A DNA stretch of 64,000 bases from Opitutales bacterium (GTDB taxonomy: Bacteria > Verrucomicrobiota > Verrucomicrobiia > Opitutales > JABSRG01): the NCBI GenBank assembly GCA_051117635.1, contig JBNPEH010000021.1:21673-85672 (forward strand), written 5' to 3'. The position numbers and the translations under genes are program-made. Within the stretch, counting starts at the first letter, position 1. The number at the start of each line of letters is the position of its first letter. Of the stretch, positions 27,623-39,818 are shown one piece after another. Under the pieces are notes generated by a model. It was given only the letters and a program-made list of their open reading frames with translations, was not told the origin of the DNA and ran no database searches.

Positions 27623-28582
27623 TCAGGAATCAAGGGCAAGGATGACCCCGCCGGTGACGACCAGGTTGAGGAGGGCCAGCGGCAGTACCACTTTCCAGCC
27701 GAAGGCGAACAACTGATCGTAGCGCGGACGCGGGATCGCCGCGCGCATCAGCACGAACAGCAGGACAAAACAGGCGACTTTGAGGCTGAACCAGGCGAGC
27801 GGCGGCAGGAAATCGGGCCCCAGCCAGCCACCGAAGAAAAAGGTGACAACGAGCGAGCTGATCAGCGTCACGCCGATGTACTCACCGACAAAGAACATGC
27901 CGAACTTCATGCCTGAATACTCGGCGTGGAAGCCCGCAATCAATTCGCTCTCGGCCTCGGGTGCGTCAAACGGCAGCCGGTGCGTCTCCGCCATGCCGGC
28001 GAAGAGGAAGCCGAGAAAGCCGACCGGCTGCAGGACCACAAACCAGACGTCGCGCTGCGCCTCGACGATCTCGCGCAGGTTGAAGGTGCCGCTGATCGCG
28101 ACGACGCCCATCAGGCTCAGCCCCATGAACACCTCGTAGGAAAACATCTGGGCGGAGGCACGCATCCCCCCGAGCAGCGAATACTTGCTGGCGGAGGCCC
28201 AACCGGCGAGGACGACCGAGTAGATGCCCATCGAGGACAGGGCCAGAAAGAAGAGCACCCCGATATCGAGGTCGACGATGCCGACGCCCGGCGCGAAGGG
28301 GACGACCGCAAAGGTCAGCAGCACCGAGATGAAGATGATGGCCGGTGCCAGGATGAAGACCGTCCGGTCGGCAAAGGGCGGGATCCAGTCCTCCTTGGTG
28401 AAGATCTTGATGATGTCCGCCACGATCTGGAAGAGCCCGAGCGGGCCGAGCCGGTTGGGGCCCAGCCGGTCCTGCCAGAGCGCGAGTGAGCGGCGTTCTA
28501 CCCAGATCAGCAGGCCGGCCGTGTTCAACAGCGTGAACAGGATGATGAGGACCATCATCAGTTTCGGAAGGATCTCAGTCAT
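27623..28582 (-). CDS. nuoH: NADH-quinone oxidoreductase subunit H
   Basis: 'WVERRSLALWQDRLGPNRLGPLG' is the NuoH/ND1 signature. Confidence 0.9.
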   Translation of the reverse strand: MTEILPKLMMVLIILFTLLNTAGLLIWVERRSLALWQDRLGPNRLGPLGLFQIVADIIKIFTKEDWIPPFADRTVFILAPAIIFISVLLTFAVVPFAPGVGIVDLDIGVLFFLALSSMGIYSVVLAGWASASKYSLLGGMRASAQMFSYEVFMGLSLMGVVAISGTFNLREIVEAQRDVWFVVLQPVGFLGFLFAGMAETHRLPFDAPEAESELIAGFHAEYSGMKFGMFFVGEYIGVTLISSLVVTFFFGGWLGPDFLPPLAWFSLKVACFVLLFVLMRAAIPRPRYDQLFAFGWKVVLPLALLNLVVTGGVILALDS

Positions 28583-28644
28583 GGATCAGGAGCAGGCGGA
28601 AAGCGTGTGTTTTTGCAGCAGCGTCGAAAGCGTGATTCGGGCGT

Positions 28645-31342
28645 TCAGCCGGCCGGTGCGATGGTCACCTGCACCGGGCCGGTGTAGGCGGGCATGTCGG
28701 GCAGGCCGACCGGGAAGCCGGCGGTGCCGGCCGCCAGCGATTCGGAAAGCTGCAACGGCAGCGTCAGCTCGGTGCCGCTGACGGTGACCTTGACCAGATC
28801 GCCTTCGGTCAGGCCGGCCTGGACCGCGTCGCCGGCGGAGACGGCCAGGTAGGGACCGGGCGTGCGCTGCGCCACGCCGTGCGAGCGGACCGAGCGTTCT
28901 TCCGAGCCGAAGATGTGATACAGCGGGAGCAGCGTGATGCCGTCGCCGGCCGGCTCGGCGATGCCCGAGGCCTGAAAGTAGCCGTCCTGCGGCGCGCCGT
29001 TGGGGCTGAGCAGCCGGATGCCGGCGTCGCCTCCGCGGTAGCTGCCGCCGATCTCGTCCTGAAACTTGGAGAGCGCCTGGACCGAATTCCAGCCGGGGGC
29101 CCAGAAGCGGTTGGCCAGCGCGGCGGGTGGCGTGGCGGTGGACCCCTCCATGGTGAAGGACATCGGCGCGTCGACATCGTCCGGCGGCTTCGGCTCGGAG
29201 ACCTCGATGTTGGCCTTCATGGCGGTACGGCCGCTGGCGCGACGGGAGAGACGACCGAACTTCTGGTCGGTGTCGTCCCGGTACTCGGAAGCGGGCGCGG
29301 CGTCGACCGCGCCGGCCAGCGCGGGCACGGCCTCGGCACAGGCGGTGATGACATCGTCCAGATGCGTCCAGTTGCTGGTGGCGGGCAGCGCCGCGGCGGC
29401 GGCCAGTTGCCGGAGGACGCGCCAGTTGTCGTCGCGGGCGTCCTCGGGCTGCAGCACCTGGAAATAGCGTTGGGCGCGGCCCTCGTTGTTGACCAGCGTC
29501 CCGTCGGTCTCGGCGAAGGTGCCGACCGGGAAGACCGCGGTGGCCTTCGCGGTGGTCGCGGTGGTGTTGGTGTCGAGCACCAGGACCGGGCGCTCGCCGG
29601 TGAACAATTTGTCCGCCTCGGCGGCGGGCAGCCGGCGATAAAGATCGTTTTCGAGGATGATGACGGCGTCGGCGGAGCCCGCCCGGTCGATCGCCTCGTT
29701 GAGGTCGAGGCCGCCCATCAGAGCCAGCCCCATCGAGTTGGCCTCGGGGACAACCCCGGCCAGCGCGGCCGGTTTGCCCTTGGCGCAGAGCGCCCAGGCG
29801 ACATTGGCGGCGGCCTGGATGACGGCGGCGTCGCGCATGCTGGTACCGGTGATGACGGTCGGTTTTTCGGCTGCGAGGAGGTCGGCAGCCGCCTGTCTGG
29901 CCATGGCCTCCTCGCCGTCGGTCAGGTGGTCGGGTTTCGGCGCGGTCTCGTCGATGAAATGGGCGATGGCGAAGCCGACGCGGGCCTGGGCATCGGCGCC
30001 GCCGCGGAGCGTGCCGGTGGCGATATCGTCCAGCCTGGTGGCATCGGGCACGGCGAGGTAGAGCGGCCCGTGGTCGTCCTGGGCGATGATGCGGACCGCC
30101 TTGTCGTTCCACCTGGGGACGCGGTGCCTGGCGGCGTCGGCAAAGTTCTTGTTGCGCACGGCCTGGCGCAGGGTGAGCGCCATCCGGGGAGCGGTTTGGG
30201 TGAGGTCCTCGCCGAGGACGAGCTGGGCATCCGACCGTTCAATCGAGCGCAGGGCGGGGATCTCGGCCGGGCCCTCGGTCATGACGCGGTGGAGCAGCTG
30301 CACGAGGGCCTGCTCGCCGGCGGCCATGCCGGTGGAAAAGTGCCCGGCACCGACCAGTTCGCGGAGTGCGAAATTCCCTTCGAGGCTGGCGCGGGGGGAG
30401 CCGATGCCGACGACGGTACGGCCCTGGCCGATCCAGTCGCGTACCTGCTCGAGGGCGAGGCTGGGCTCGGTCGGGCTGAGGTCGCCATCCGGATCGCGGA
30501 GCATCGGTTGATCGATGCGCGACGCGTGGTGGATGTACCCGTGGCCGAAGCGCCCGCGGTCGCAGATGAAATAACCGTTGATGGAGCCGTTGTAACGGTT
30601 GAGGACGCGGCGGACCTTCCCGTAGCGCTCGCCGGGGATGATGTTGCAGCCGACGCTGCAACCGGTGCAGACGGAGGGCGCGGTGGCGAGGTCCCATTTG
30701 CGGATAAACTGGGACTTGAAGGTCTTGTCGGTGAAGACGCCGGTCGGGCAGACCTCGACGAGGTTGCCGGAGAATTCGTTTTCGAGGGTGCCGTCCTCGT
30801 GGCGCCCGAAGAAGACGTAGTTGTGCGAGGCGAAGGCGCCGAGGTCCTTGCCGCCCGCGTAGTCGTTGTAGAAGCGCGTGCACCGGTAACAGGTGATGCA
30901 GCGGTTCATCTCGTGCGCGACGAAGGGCCCGAGGTTCTGGTTCCGGTGAGTCCGTTTTTCGAAGCGGTACTTCCGGTAGTTGTGGCCCGTCATGACGGTC
31001 ATGTCCTGGAGGTGGCACTCGCCGCCCTCGTCGCAGACCGGACAGTCGTGCGGGTGGTTGGTCATCAGCCACTCGATGATGGTCGAGCGGAACTGGCTGA
31101 CGTCGGGGTCCTGGATCGAGAAGCGGGCGCCGTCCGTGCACGGGACCATGCAGGCCATCTGCATCATGCCCCGGGTATCGTTCTCGTCCTTATACTGCTT
31201 GACCGCGCACTGGCGGCAGGCACCGACCGACCCGAGCGCCGGGTGCCAGCAGAAATAGGGGATGTCGAGGCCCGCATCGAGTGCGGCCTGGAGCAGGTTC
31301 TTGTTCGGGTCGAGGTCGTAATCGACGCCATCTATGGTGACA

Positions 31343-31350
<8 letters not shown>
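28645..31350 (-). CDS. nuoG: NADH-quinone oxidoreductase subunit G
   Basis: N-terminal 2Fe-2S motif 'CWHPALGSVGACRQCAV' and 4Fe-4S motif 'HDCPVCDEGGEC', followed by a molybdopterin-oxidoreductase-like body. Confidence 0.9.
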
Positions 31351-32659
<1,309 letters not shown>

Positions 32660-32670
32660 GGCGGAAAAGG

Positions 32671-33138
32671 TCAGGCGTACCGGTTGAGGGCGTCTTCGAT
32701 TTTTTCGGGGGCATCGAGCGGGCCGTGCAGCTCGTAGTTGACGAGGATGCAGGGGGCGCGGTCGCAGGCGCCGAGGCACTGGTTCGGGATGAGGGTGAAG
32801 CGGTCGTCCTCGGTGGTCTCGCCCCAGCCGATGCCGTAGCGCTCCCTGAAGTGGTCGATGATCTTCTCGTAGCCGAGGATGTGGCAGCTGACACTGTCGC
32901 AGACGTGCACCTTGTTGCGGCCGACCGGCTGGCGGTAGATCAGGTTGTAGAAGGTAGCGACCGAATCGACCTCGGTGGGATCCATGCCGAGGTATTCGGC
33001 AATGTCCTTGATGGCGTCGTCAGACACCCAGCCGCGGTGATTCTGGACAATTTTCAGCGCCTCGATGCAGAGGGCCTGCTTGTAGTCGTAGTGCTCGGCC
33101 TCGTGGTCGAGTTCCTTGCGTTCTTCGTCGGAAAGCAT
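32671..33138 (-). CDS. nuoE: NADH-quinone oxidoreductase subunit E
   Basis: 2Fe-2S cysteines in 'VCDSVSC' and 'CLGACDRAP'. Confidence 0.9.
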   Translation of the reverse strand: MLSDEERKELDHEAEHYDYKQALCIEALKIVQNHRGWVSDDAIKDIAEYLGMDPTEVDSVATFYNLIYRQPVGRNKVHVCDSVSCHILGYEKIIDHFRERYGIGWGETTEDDRFTLIPNQCLGACDRAPCILVNYELHGPLDAPEKIEDALNRYA

Positions 33139-33169
33139 GTCGGTCGGTAAAGGGAGAAAGGGCGGCGGC

Positions 33170-34927
33170 TCAGCGGTCGATTTCGGACAACAGGTAGTCG
33201 GTGGCCGCGACGATCGCGAGGAGGTCCGGGACCATGTGGCCGCGGGAAATGTCGGGGATGATCTGCACGTGCGGGAAAGAGGGTACCCGGATGCGTGTGC
33301 GGTAGGAAATGGTATCCTTGTCGGAGGTCAGGTAATAGCCCTGGAGACCCTTTGTGCCCTCCACGAACATGGAGGACTCGCCGGCCGGCATGACCGGCCC
33401 CCAGGACACGCTCAGGAAGTGGGTGATGAGCGTCTCGATATCGTGCATGGTGCCGTCCCGGGTCGGCGGGACCGCCAGCGGGTGCTCGCTCTTGTACGGG
33501 CCCGTCTTGTCGATCAGTTTCACGCACTGTTCGATGATGCGCAGGCTCTGGCGGATCTCCTCGACGCGGACTTCGGCCCGGGCAAAGCAGTCGCCGCCGG
33601 TCGCGGTCGGCACCTCGAAATCCAGCTGGTCGTAGCCCCCGTAGGGACGCGCCTTGCGCAGGTCCCATTCCATGCCGGTGGCGCGCAGCGCGGGCCCGGT
33701 GACCCCCCAGTCGATGGCCTCGGCGGTGCTGAAGGCGCCGATCCCCTTGCACCGCCCCTTCAGGATGCTGTTGCCCATGACCATCTTGTCGTACTCGTCG
33801 AGTCTGGGCGGCAGGTAGGTGATCAGGTCCTTGAAGAGTTTGTCCCAGCCCTTGGGCAGGTCGGCGGCGAGGCCCCCGATCCGGAACCAGTTGGGGTGCA
33901 TGCGGGCGCCGCAGATCGCCTCGATCAGGCCGAGCACCTTTTCCCGGTCGTTGAACATGTAGACGACGGGGGAGAACTGGCCGACGTCCTGGGCAAAGGT
34001 GCCGTACCAGACCAGGTGGTTGGAAATGCGGAACAGTTCGCAGAGCGCGATGCGGATCAATTTGACCCGGTCCGGGATCTCGATGCCGGCCAGCTTTTCG
34101 ACCGCCATCACGTAGGGCAGGTTGTTCATCACGCCGCCCAGGTAGTCCACGCGGTCGGTGTAGGGGATGTAGCTGTGGAAGCTCTGGCGCTCGCCCATTT
34201 TCTCGGCGCCGCGGTGGTGGTAGCCGATATCCACCACCGAATCGACGATCTCCTCGCCGTCGAGTTGCAGCGCGATCCGGATGACCCCGTGCGTGCCGGG
34301 GTGCTGCGGCCCGATGTTGAGGAACATGAACTCGGCGTCCTCGGTCTCGCGTTTCATGCCCCACTCCTCGGGCTTGAACTGGAGGGCGGCCTGTTCGCGG
34401 TCCTGTTTCTCGTCGGGCAGCGTGAACCGACCCATTTCAGTGGCCCGGGCGGGGTGCTCCTTGCGCAGCGGGTGGCCTTCCCAGGTCGGCGGCATGAGGA
34501 TGCGCCGCAGGTTCGGGTGGCCGTTGAAGGTGATGCCGAACATGTCCCAGACCTCGCGCTCGTACCAGTTGGCCTTCGGCCAGAGACCGGTGATCGTGTC
34601 GATGTCGGGATACTCCCCACGGAGCGCGACCTTGATCCGCAGCTCCTCCGTCGGCTCGAGGCTGAGCAGGTGGTAGACGACCGTGAAGTCAGCCTCCGGC
34701 AGGCCCTGCCGGTTCTTGCGCAGGCGCTCGTCAACCGCCGTCAGGTCGAGCAGCATGCGGAAGCGCGGCGTCGCCTTGCGCTTGAGGTGGCTGAGCACCG
34801 CGAAATGCCTGCTGCGCGGTATCCAGAGCGTGGGTACGCCGTCGGCGGTGTGCTGAAAGGTGAAGCCGTCGCTGCCGAAGGTGTCGGTCAGGGCCTGGAT
34901 GATGGCGGGTCGTTCGCTCATGCGCAA
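33170..34927 (-). CDS. nuoCD: NADH-quinone oxidoreductase fused subunit C/D
   Basis: A single 585-aa ORF with a 30-kDa-type N-terminal half and a 49-kDa-type C-terminal half ('[12 protein letters not shown]'). Confidence 0.9.
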   Translation of the reverse strand: MRMSERPAIIQALTDTFGSDGFTFQHTADGVPTLWIPRSRHFAVLSHLKRKATPRFRMLLDLTAVDERLRKNRQGLPEADFTVVYHLLSLEPTEELRIKVALRGEYPDIDTITGLWPKANWYEREVWDMFGITFNGHPNLRRILMPPTWEGHPLRKEHPARATEMGRFTLPDEKQDREQAALQFKPEEWGMKRETEDAEFMFLNIGPQHPGTHGVIRIALQLDGEEIVDSVVDIGYHHRGAEKMGERQSFHSYIPYTDRVDYLGGVMNNLPYVMAVEKLAGIEIPDRVKLIRIALCELFRISNHLVWYGTFAQDVGQFSPVVYMFNDREKVLGLIEAICGARMHPNWFRIGGLAADLPKGWDKLFKDLITYLPPRLDEYDKMVMGNSILKGRCKGIGAFSTAEAIDWGVTGPALRATGMEWDLRKARPYGGYDQLDFEVPTATGGDCFARAEVRVEEIRQSLRIIEQCVKLIDKTGPYKSEHPLAVPPTRDGTMHDIETLITHFLSVSWGPVMPAGESSMFVEGTKGLQGYYLTSDKDTISYRTRIRVPSFPHVQIIPDISRGHMVPDLLAIVAATDYLLSEIDR

Positions 34928-34963
34928 ATGGCAGGGTGGGGGAGGACGCGTCGGACCGCGACC

Positions 34964-35608
34964 TCAGATCGTGTCGGGCGGACGCAGGAAGGTGGTGTTC
35001 ATCCGCGCTTCCCGCTTGGCCAGCCGCTGGCTCTCCCGACCCCTGGTCTTGTTGACGCCCTGCGGGCCTACGGCCCAGCTGAGGGGCCGGGTTTCGCTGC
35101 GCACGGCCTTGGAAAGCAGCAGCAGGCCCTCCATGAAGGCGTCCGGTCGGGGCGGGCAGCCGGGCACGTAGACATCAACCGGCAGGATTTTGTCCACGCC
35201 CTGGACGACGCTGTAGATGTCGTACATGCCGCCGCTGTTGGCACAGGAGCCCATCGAGATGACCCAGCGCGGTTCCATCATCTGCTCGTAGAGCCGCTTG
35301 ATGACGGGAGCCATTTTCATGAAGGGCGTGCCGGCGATGATCATGACGTCGGCCTCGCGCGGGGTGCCGCGGATAACCTCGGCCCCGAAGCGCGAAATGT
35401 CGTATTTTGAGGTGATGGAGGTGGCCATCTCCACAAAGCAGCAGCTCAGGCCGAAGTTGAAGGGCCACATGGAATGGCTGCGCCCCCAGGCCAGCAGGTC
35501 GCTCAGCCGCGACATGGCCAGGATTTTGCCCACCACGTCGTCCACCTTGCGGTCGCCGGCGGCGGAGGGGGGCGGGCCTTCGCCCGGTCGTGTCATGGTC
35601 GCATTCAT
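34964..35608 (-). CDS. nuoB: NADH-quinone oxidoreductase subunit B
   Basis: Motifs 'GLSCCFVEM', 'GSCANSGG' and 'VPGCPPRP' are present. Confidence 0.9.
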   Translation of the reverse strand: MNATMTRPGEGPPPSAAGDRKVDDVVGKILAMSRLSDLLAWGRSHSMWPFNFGLSCCFVEMATSITSKYDISRFGAEVIRGTPREADVMIIAGTPFMKMAPVIKRLYEQMMEPRWVISMGSCANSGGMYDIYSVVQGVDKILPVDVYVPGCPPRPDAFMEGLLLLSKAVRSETRPLSWAVGPQGVNKTRGRESQRLAKREARMNTTFLRPPDTI

Positions 35609-35659
35609 GCGTTGAGGAAGCAGGAGGTTGCCGGGTTTATCGGTCGCGCGGGCTGCGCA

Positions 35660-36049
35660 TCAGGCATCGTCGGGTTCGGGCCGCGGTTTGGGCCCGCCGC
35701 CCCAGTCGAGGAAGCCCATTTTCCACTCATAGACCAGGCCCACCACGAGGATGGCGAGGAAGCCGAGCATGCCGTAGTAGCCTTCCCAGCCGAGTTCGCG
35801 GATGGCGATGGCCCAGGCGAAGACGTAGACGAGTTCGAGGTCGAAGATCACGAAGAGGATGGCGACCAGATAAAACTTGATCGAAAAGCGGATGCGCGCG
35901 TCGCCCGTGCCGAGGATGCCCGATTCGTAGGGCTCGCCGGTTGCCCGGTCCTGGTGTTTCTGCCCGAGCAGGCTCGAGACGATCAGCATGCCGGCGGCCA
36001 CGGTCAGGACGGCGGCGGCGTAAACCAGAAAAGGCCAGTATTCGATCAT
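35660..36049 (-). CDS. nuoA: NADH-quinone oxidoreductase subunit A
   Basis: 129 aa protein with three TM helices and 'GEPYESGI'. First gene of the operon. Confidence 0.9.
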   Translation of the reverse strand: MIEYWPFLVYAAAVLTVAAGMLIVSSLLGQKHQDRATGEPYESGILGTGDARIRFSIKFYLVAILFVIFDLELVYVFAWAIAIRELGWEGYYGMLGFLAILVVGLVYEWKMGFLDWGGGPKPRPEPDDA

Positions 36050-36453
36050 GGGAGCAGGTGCGCGGAAGGGTCGCCGGCGGCATCAGGCCGCAAGACCCTG
36101 AAACGGTAGCCCCGGGCAACCCCCTTTCAACTATAAAACCCATGGCTCGCATCGCTGCTAAGGGTGGGGGACCGGAAATGGCGCCCGGGGATGCAAGGCG
36201 TGGGCAGGTATCAGCTCGGATTATCGGCTGAAGCAGGCTTTTCGTGCCGCTGGGCACTGCCCTCGCCACCCGGCTGAATTGTCATAATCCAAGCCTGCTG
36301 AAGCACCTTTGGAAACACGACTGTTTCGGTTCGGTAAAAAGTTCCGGACGTCGGCCGGAGGCGGTTGACCCCTTTAAAAAAAGCTAACAAAGCCTCCTCC
36401 GTTCGGCACGAACAGCCGCCGAATGCGAACACCGACAAACCTGAAAACAAACG

Positions 36454-39400
36454 ATGAACACCTCTCTCCTTAAACGAGCGACGGTCAGCCTGCTGACGCT
36501 GCTGGGTGTGGTCTCCCTGGCCTTCGGGCAGGGCGTGACCACCTCCGGCATCGAAGGCCAGGTGACCGACGCCTCCGGCGCCCCTGTCGCAAGCGCCAAC
36601 GTCCGGGTCATCCACGAGCCCTCCGGTTCCGTCAGCCGCACGGTCACCCGCAACAGCGGTTACTACGGCGTCACCGGCCTGCGCGTGGGCGGCCCCTTCA
36701 CAGTCACGGTTTCCGCCCCCGGTTACCGGACGACCAACGTGGAAGAAATCTATATCAGCCTCTCGCGGTCCCAGACCGTCGATGTGGCCCTCGAATCCAC
36801 TGAACAGATCCAGGAACTCGACGCCTTTGTGGTAACGGGCGAAGACATCAACTACACCTTCACGCCGGGTAAAGCCGGTGCGGGGTCCGTTCTCGATAAC
36901 GAGGCGGTCGAGCAGAATCCGATCTTCCGGCGCTCGATCAACGACCTGGCGCGCTTCAATCCGTATGCCACGATCACCGAGTACAACCGCAACGAGCTGT
37001 CGGTGGCGGGCCAGAACAGCCGCTTCAACAACGTGCAGATCGACGGCATCCGGACCAACGACCAGTTTGGCCTGAACTCCAACGGGGTCGCGGCCTTCAA
37101 CGCTCCGATCGCCTCCGACGCCATCGAGCAGGTTTCGGTCGAGGTCTCGCCCTATGACGTCTGGCAGAGCGGCTTCACCGGCGCCTCCATCAACGCCGTT
37201 ACCAAGAGCGGCACGAACGACCTCTCCGGCAGCTTCTACACCTACTACTTCGATGACGGGATGCGTGGGGAGGAGTTCGAGTCCGGCGACAACGAGCTGT
37301 TCCGCGAGTTTACCTGGGGGGCCACCCTGGGCGGCCCGATCCTCAAGGATAAGCTCTTCTTTTTTGTGAATTACGAGGAGTTCGAGCGGACCACGCAGCC
37401 GGGTGGCGCCGGCTTCGACCCGGATCCGGCCGCCATCCAGCAGGTGATCGACTACGGCCGCGACGTGCTGGGTGTCGATTTCGGTGAATTTGCGCCGCCC
37501 TCGTCCCAGATCGACACTGAGGACAAGATCCTGGCCAAGCTCGACTGGAACATCAGCGAGGCGCACCGCGCCAGCCTCCGTTACCGCCAGACCGACGGCG
37601 TGAATCCGAACTTCGGCAACTTCGACGATTTCGGGGAAACCGCGCTCAGCACCAACTTCTATCAGCAGGAGCGGACCGAAGAGGACTGGGTCTTCCAGCT
37701 CAGCTCCACCTGGACCCCGGATATCCAGTCCGAGTTCAAGATTGCCTACGGCACTTTCGACCAGCCGACCACCTTCGACCAGCCGTTGCCGGAAATCGAA
37801 ATCGACGCTTTCCCGGGTGCGGACGGTGACCCCGATGCGGGCGAGTTGTTCATGGGCACCGAGCTGTTCCGCCACGCCAACAGCCTGTCCTGGGAGACCA
37901 TTACCGCCTCCGGTACCGTGACCTGGTACAAGGACGATTTTGTCATCACCGGTGGCTTCGACTACGAGTTTTCCGAATACGAGAACCTGTTCCTCTTCGC
38001 CAGCCTGGGTGACTTCACCTTCCGGAATCTGGACGATTTCCTGAACGACCGGCCCCAGTTCGACGGTTTCCGCAACACCGGGATCGAGGGCCAGGACCCG
38101 ATTGCCCGCCCCGAAATCGGCGACTTCGGTCTGTTCCTCCAGAACAAGTGGTATGTGAATGACCGGCTGACGCTGACCGGCGGTATCCGGGCTGACTTCA
38201 TCTTCTCGGACACCAAGCCCCCGGCCGCCCGCGGGTTCGTGCGTGAGTTCGGCTTTCCGAACAACGGCACGATCGACGGCGAGAACCTGATCGCGCCACG
38301 TTTCGCGTTCAACTACGCGATCGACGACGATCGCACGATGCAGCTGCGCGGGGGCATCGGCCTGTTCCTGGGCCGCAACCCGGCTGTCTGGTTCTCCAAT
38401 GCCTATACCAACAACGGGGAAACCTCCGGCAGCATCGATATCGAGACCGGGCTCCAGGATTTCCTGGCCAACGACTTCGATCCGAATAATCCGATCCTGT
38501 TCATTCCGCGGGAAGAGAGCACCCCGGCGGTCGACGTCCTGGAGGACGGCCTCGAGCTGCCTTCGGTCTGGCGTTACAATCTGGCCTTCGACTACCAGCT
38601 GCCCTGGTACGACCTGATCTTTACCGCCGAAATCCTCCGTACCGAGACCGAGAACGCGCTCTGGGTGGAGAACGCCAACCAGCCCGTCATCGGCACCCTC
38701 GCCGACGGCCGCGCCCTCTACGACGACGGCGGAGCCAGCGACGAGTTCCGCGACGTGTTCGTGCTGCGCAACACCGACCGTGGCAAGGCGACCAACTTCA
38801 CGCTGCAGGTGGAGAAGCCGCAGACCGGCCTCGGATTCTTTGGCAGTTTCGCCTACACCTACGGCAGCTCCGAGGACGTGAATCCCTTCACCTCCTCGCG
38901 CGCCGTCTCGAACTGGAACAACCGGGCCGGCTTCAATTTCAACGAGCCGGAGCTGGGTACCTCCAACTTCGAAGTGCGGGACCGCTTTCTTGGCGTGTTC
39001 GGCTACGACTTCGAGGCTTTCGAAGGCTTCCGGACCAACGTCACGCTCGTCTACGAGGGCCGCAGCGGACGTCCGTTCAGCTACGTCTTCGGCTCCGATG
39101 TCAACGGTACCGGGGAAGACGACACCGATCTGTTTTACATGCCGACCGGCCCGAACGACCCGATCGTGTCCTTTGCCCCCGGGTTTAATGTGGATGGCCT
39201 GTTCGCCTGGGCCGACGAAAACGGTGTCAGCCCCGGCGTCCAGCAGCGCAATGCCGAGGAAAACCCCTGGGTCCACCGCTTCGACCTGAAGGTCGTCCAG
39301 GAGGTCCCGGTCTGGGGTGACGTGAAGGCCGAGCTGTTCTTCGACTTCCTCAACATCGGCAACTGGCTCAACGACGAGTGGGGTCTGGTCAAAGAAGTGG

Positions 39401-39552
39401 GCTTCCCCTTCACCGCCGATGTCGTCGAGGCCGACGTCAATCCCGACGGGACCTACACCTTCACCGACTTCGATCCGGACAGCCCGCAGGTCCGCACCGG
39501 TTCGCTCCAGTCCCGCTGGGCCATCCAGACCGGCTTCAAGATCAAGTTCTAA
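36454..39552 (+). CDS. TonB-dependent outer-membrane receptor with N-terminal carboxypeptidase-regulatory-like domain
   Basis: Signal peptide, then 'IEGQVTDASGAPVASANVRV...GYYGVTGLRVGGPFTVTVSAPGY'. Beta-barrel-style alternating sequence follows, ending in the terminal 'GFKIKF'. Confidence 0.85.
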   Translation: MNTSLLKRATVSLLTLLGVVSLAFGQGVTTSGIEGQVTDASGAPVASANVRVIHEPSGSVSRTVTRNSGYYGVTGLRVGGPFTVTVSAPGYRTTNVEEIYISLSRSQTVDVALESTEQIQELDAFVVTGEDINYTFTPGKAGAGSVLDNEAVEQNPIFRRSINDLARFNPYATITEYNRNELSVAGQNSRFNNVQIDGIRTNDQFGLNSNGVAAFNAPIASDAIEQVSVEVSPYDVWQSGFTGASINAVTKSGTNDLSGSFYTYYFDDGMRGEEFESGDNELFREFTWGATLGGPILKDKLFFFVNYEEFERTTQPGGAGFDPDPAAIQQVIDYGRDVLGVDFGEFAPPSSQIDTEDKILAKLDWNISEAHRASLRYRQTDGVNPNFGNFDDFGETALSTNFYQQERTEEDWVFQLSSTWTPDIQSEFKIAYGTFDQPTTFDQPLPEIEIDAFPGADGDPDAGELFMGTELFRHANSLSWETITASGTVTWYKDDFVITGGFDYEFSEYENLFLFASLGDFTFRNLDDFLNDRPQFDGFRNTGIEGQDPIARPEIGDFGLFLQNKWYVNDRLTLTGGIRADFIFSDTKPPAARGFVREFGFPNNGTIDGENLIAPRFAFNYAIDDDRTMQLRGGIGLFLGRNPAVWFSNAYTNNGETSGSIDIETGLQDFLANDFDPNNPILFIPREESTPAVDVLEDGLELPSVWRYNLAFDYQLPWYDLIFTAEILRTETENALWVENANQPVIGTLADGRALYDDGGASDEFRDVFVLRNTDRGKATNFTLQVEKPQTGLGFFGSFAYTYGSSEDVNPFTSSRAVSNWNNRAGFNFNEPELGTSNFEVRDRFLGVFGYDFEAFEGFRTNVTLVYEGRSGRPFSYVFGSDVNGTGEDDTDLFYMPTGPNDPIVSFAPGFNVDGLFAWADENGVSPGVQQRNAEENPWVHRFDLKVVQEVPVWGDVKAELFFDFLNIGNWLNDEWGLVKEVGFPFTADVVEADVNPDGTYTFTDFDPDSPQVRTGSLQSRWAIQTGFKIKF

Positions 39553-39585
39553 GCGTATCGAACTATTCGATACGGTCTGATTTGC

Positions 39586-39619
39586 GCGGCCCGGGCTCCA
39601 CAACCCGGGCCGCTTTTTT
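39586..39619 (+). terminator. rho-independent terminator after the TonB-dependent receptor gene
   Basis: 'GCGGCCCGGG-ctccacaa-CCCGGGCCGC' followed by TTTTTT. Confidence 0.8.
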
Positions 39620-39720
39620 GGGGACGAGGGTCGAGGATGAGGGTCTGCGGGGTTTCCGCGGGAGGGCGGTCGTCCCCGACCGCCGGCTGGTACCTGAATC
39701 GGCTGTCAATCCCTGCCCCC

Positions 39721-39794
39721 TGCCAACTGACGACTGCCAACTGACGACTGCCAACTGACGACTGCCAACTGACGACTGCCAACTGACGACTGCT
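39721..39794. repeat. perfect tandem repeat, 14-bp unit CCAACTGACGACTG x5
   Basis: Read directly from the sequence. It ends about 25 nt upstream of the sulfatase ATG. Confidence 0.9.
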
Positions 39795-39818
39795 CACTCC
39801 GAACGGGCGCTTGGCATC

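Noticed and set aside
36211-36453. Possible riboswitch (e.g. cobalamin) in the leader of the TonB-dependent receptor gene
   Set aside because: I could not find a B12-box-like GCCACTG element or other recognisable riboswitch core. Only a weak 9-bp inverted repeat (AGCAGGCTT...AAGCCTGCT) is present. A cmscan run would be needed to settle this.
36211-39603. 1130-aa minus-strand ORF
   Set aside because: It is antisense to the TonB-dependent receptor. The receptor has a signal peptide, a CarboxypepD_reg-like domain and a terminal aromatic residue. The antisense translation is a featureless Val/Gly/Glu/Asp-rich sequence.
39721-39794. Possible CRISPR array
   Set aside because: The repeats are contiguous 14-bp units with no spacers, and there are no cas genes. 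This is a plain tandem repeat.
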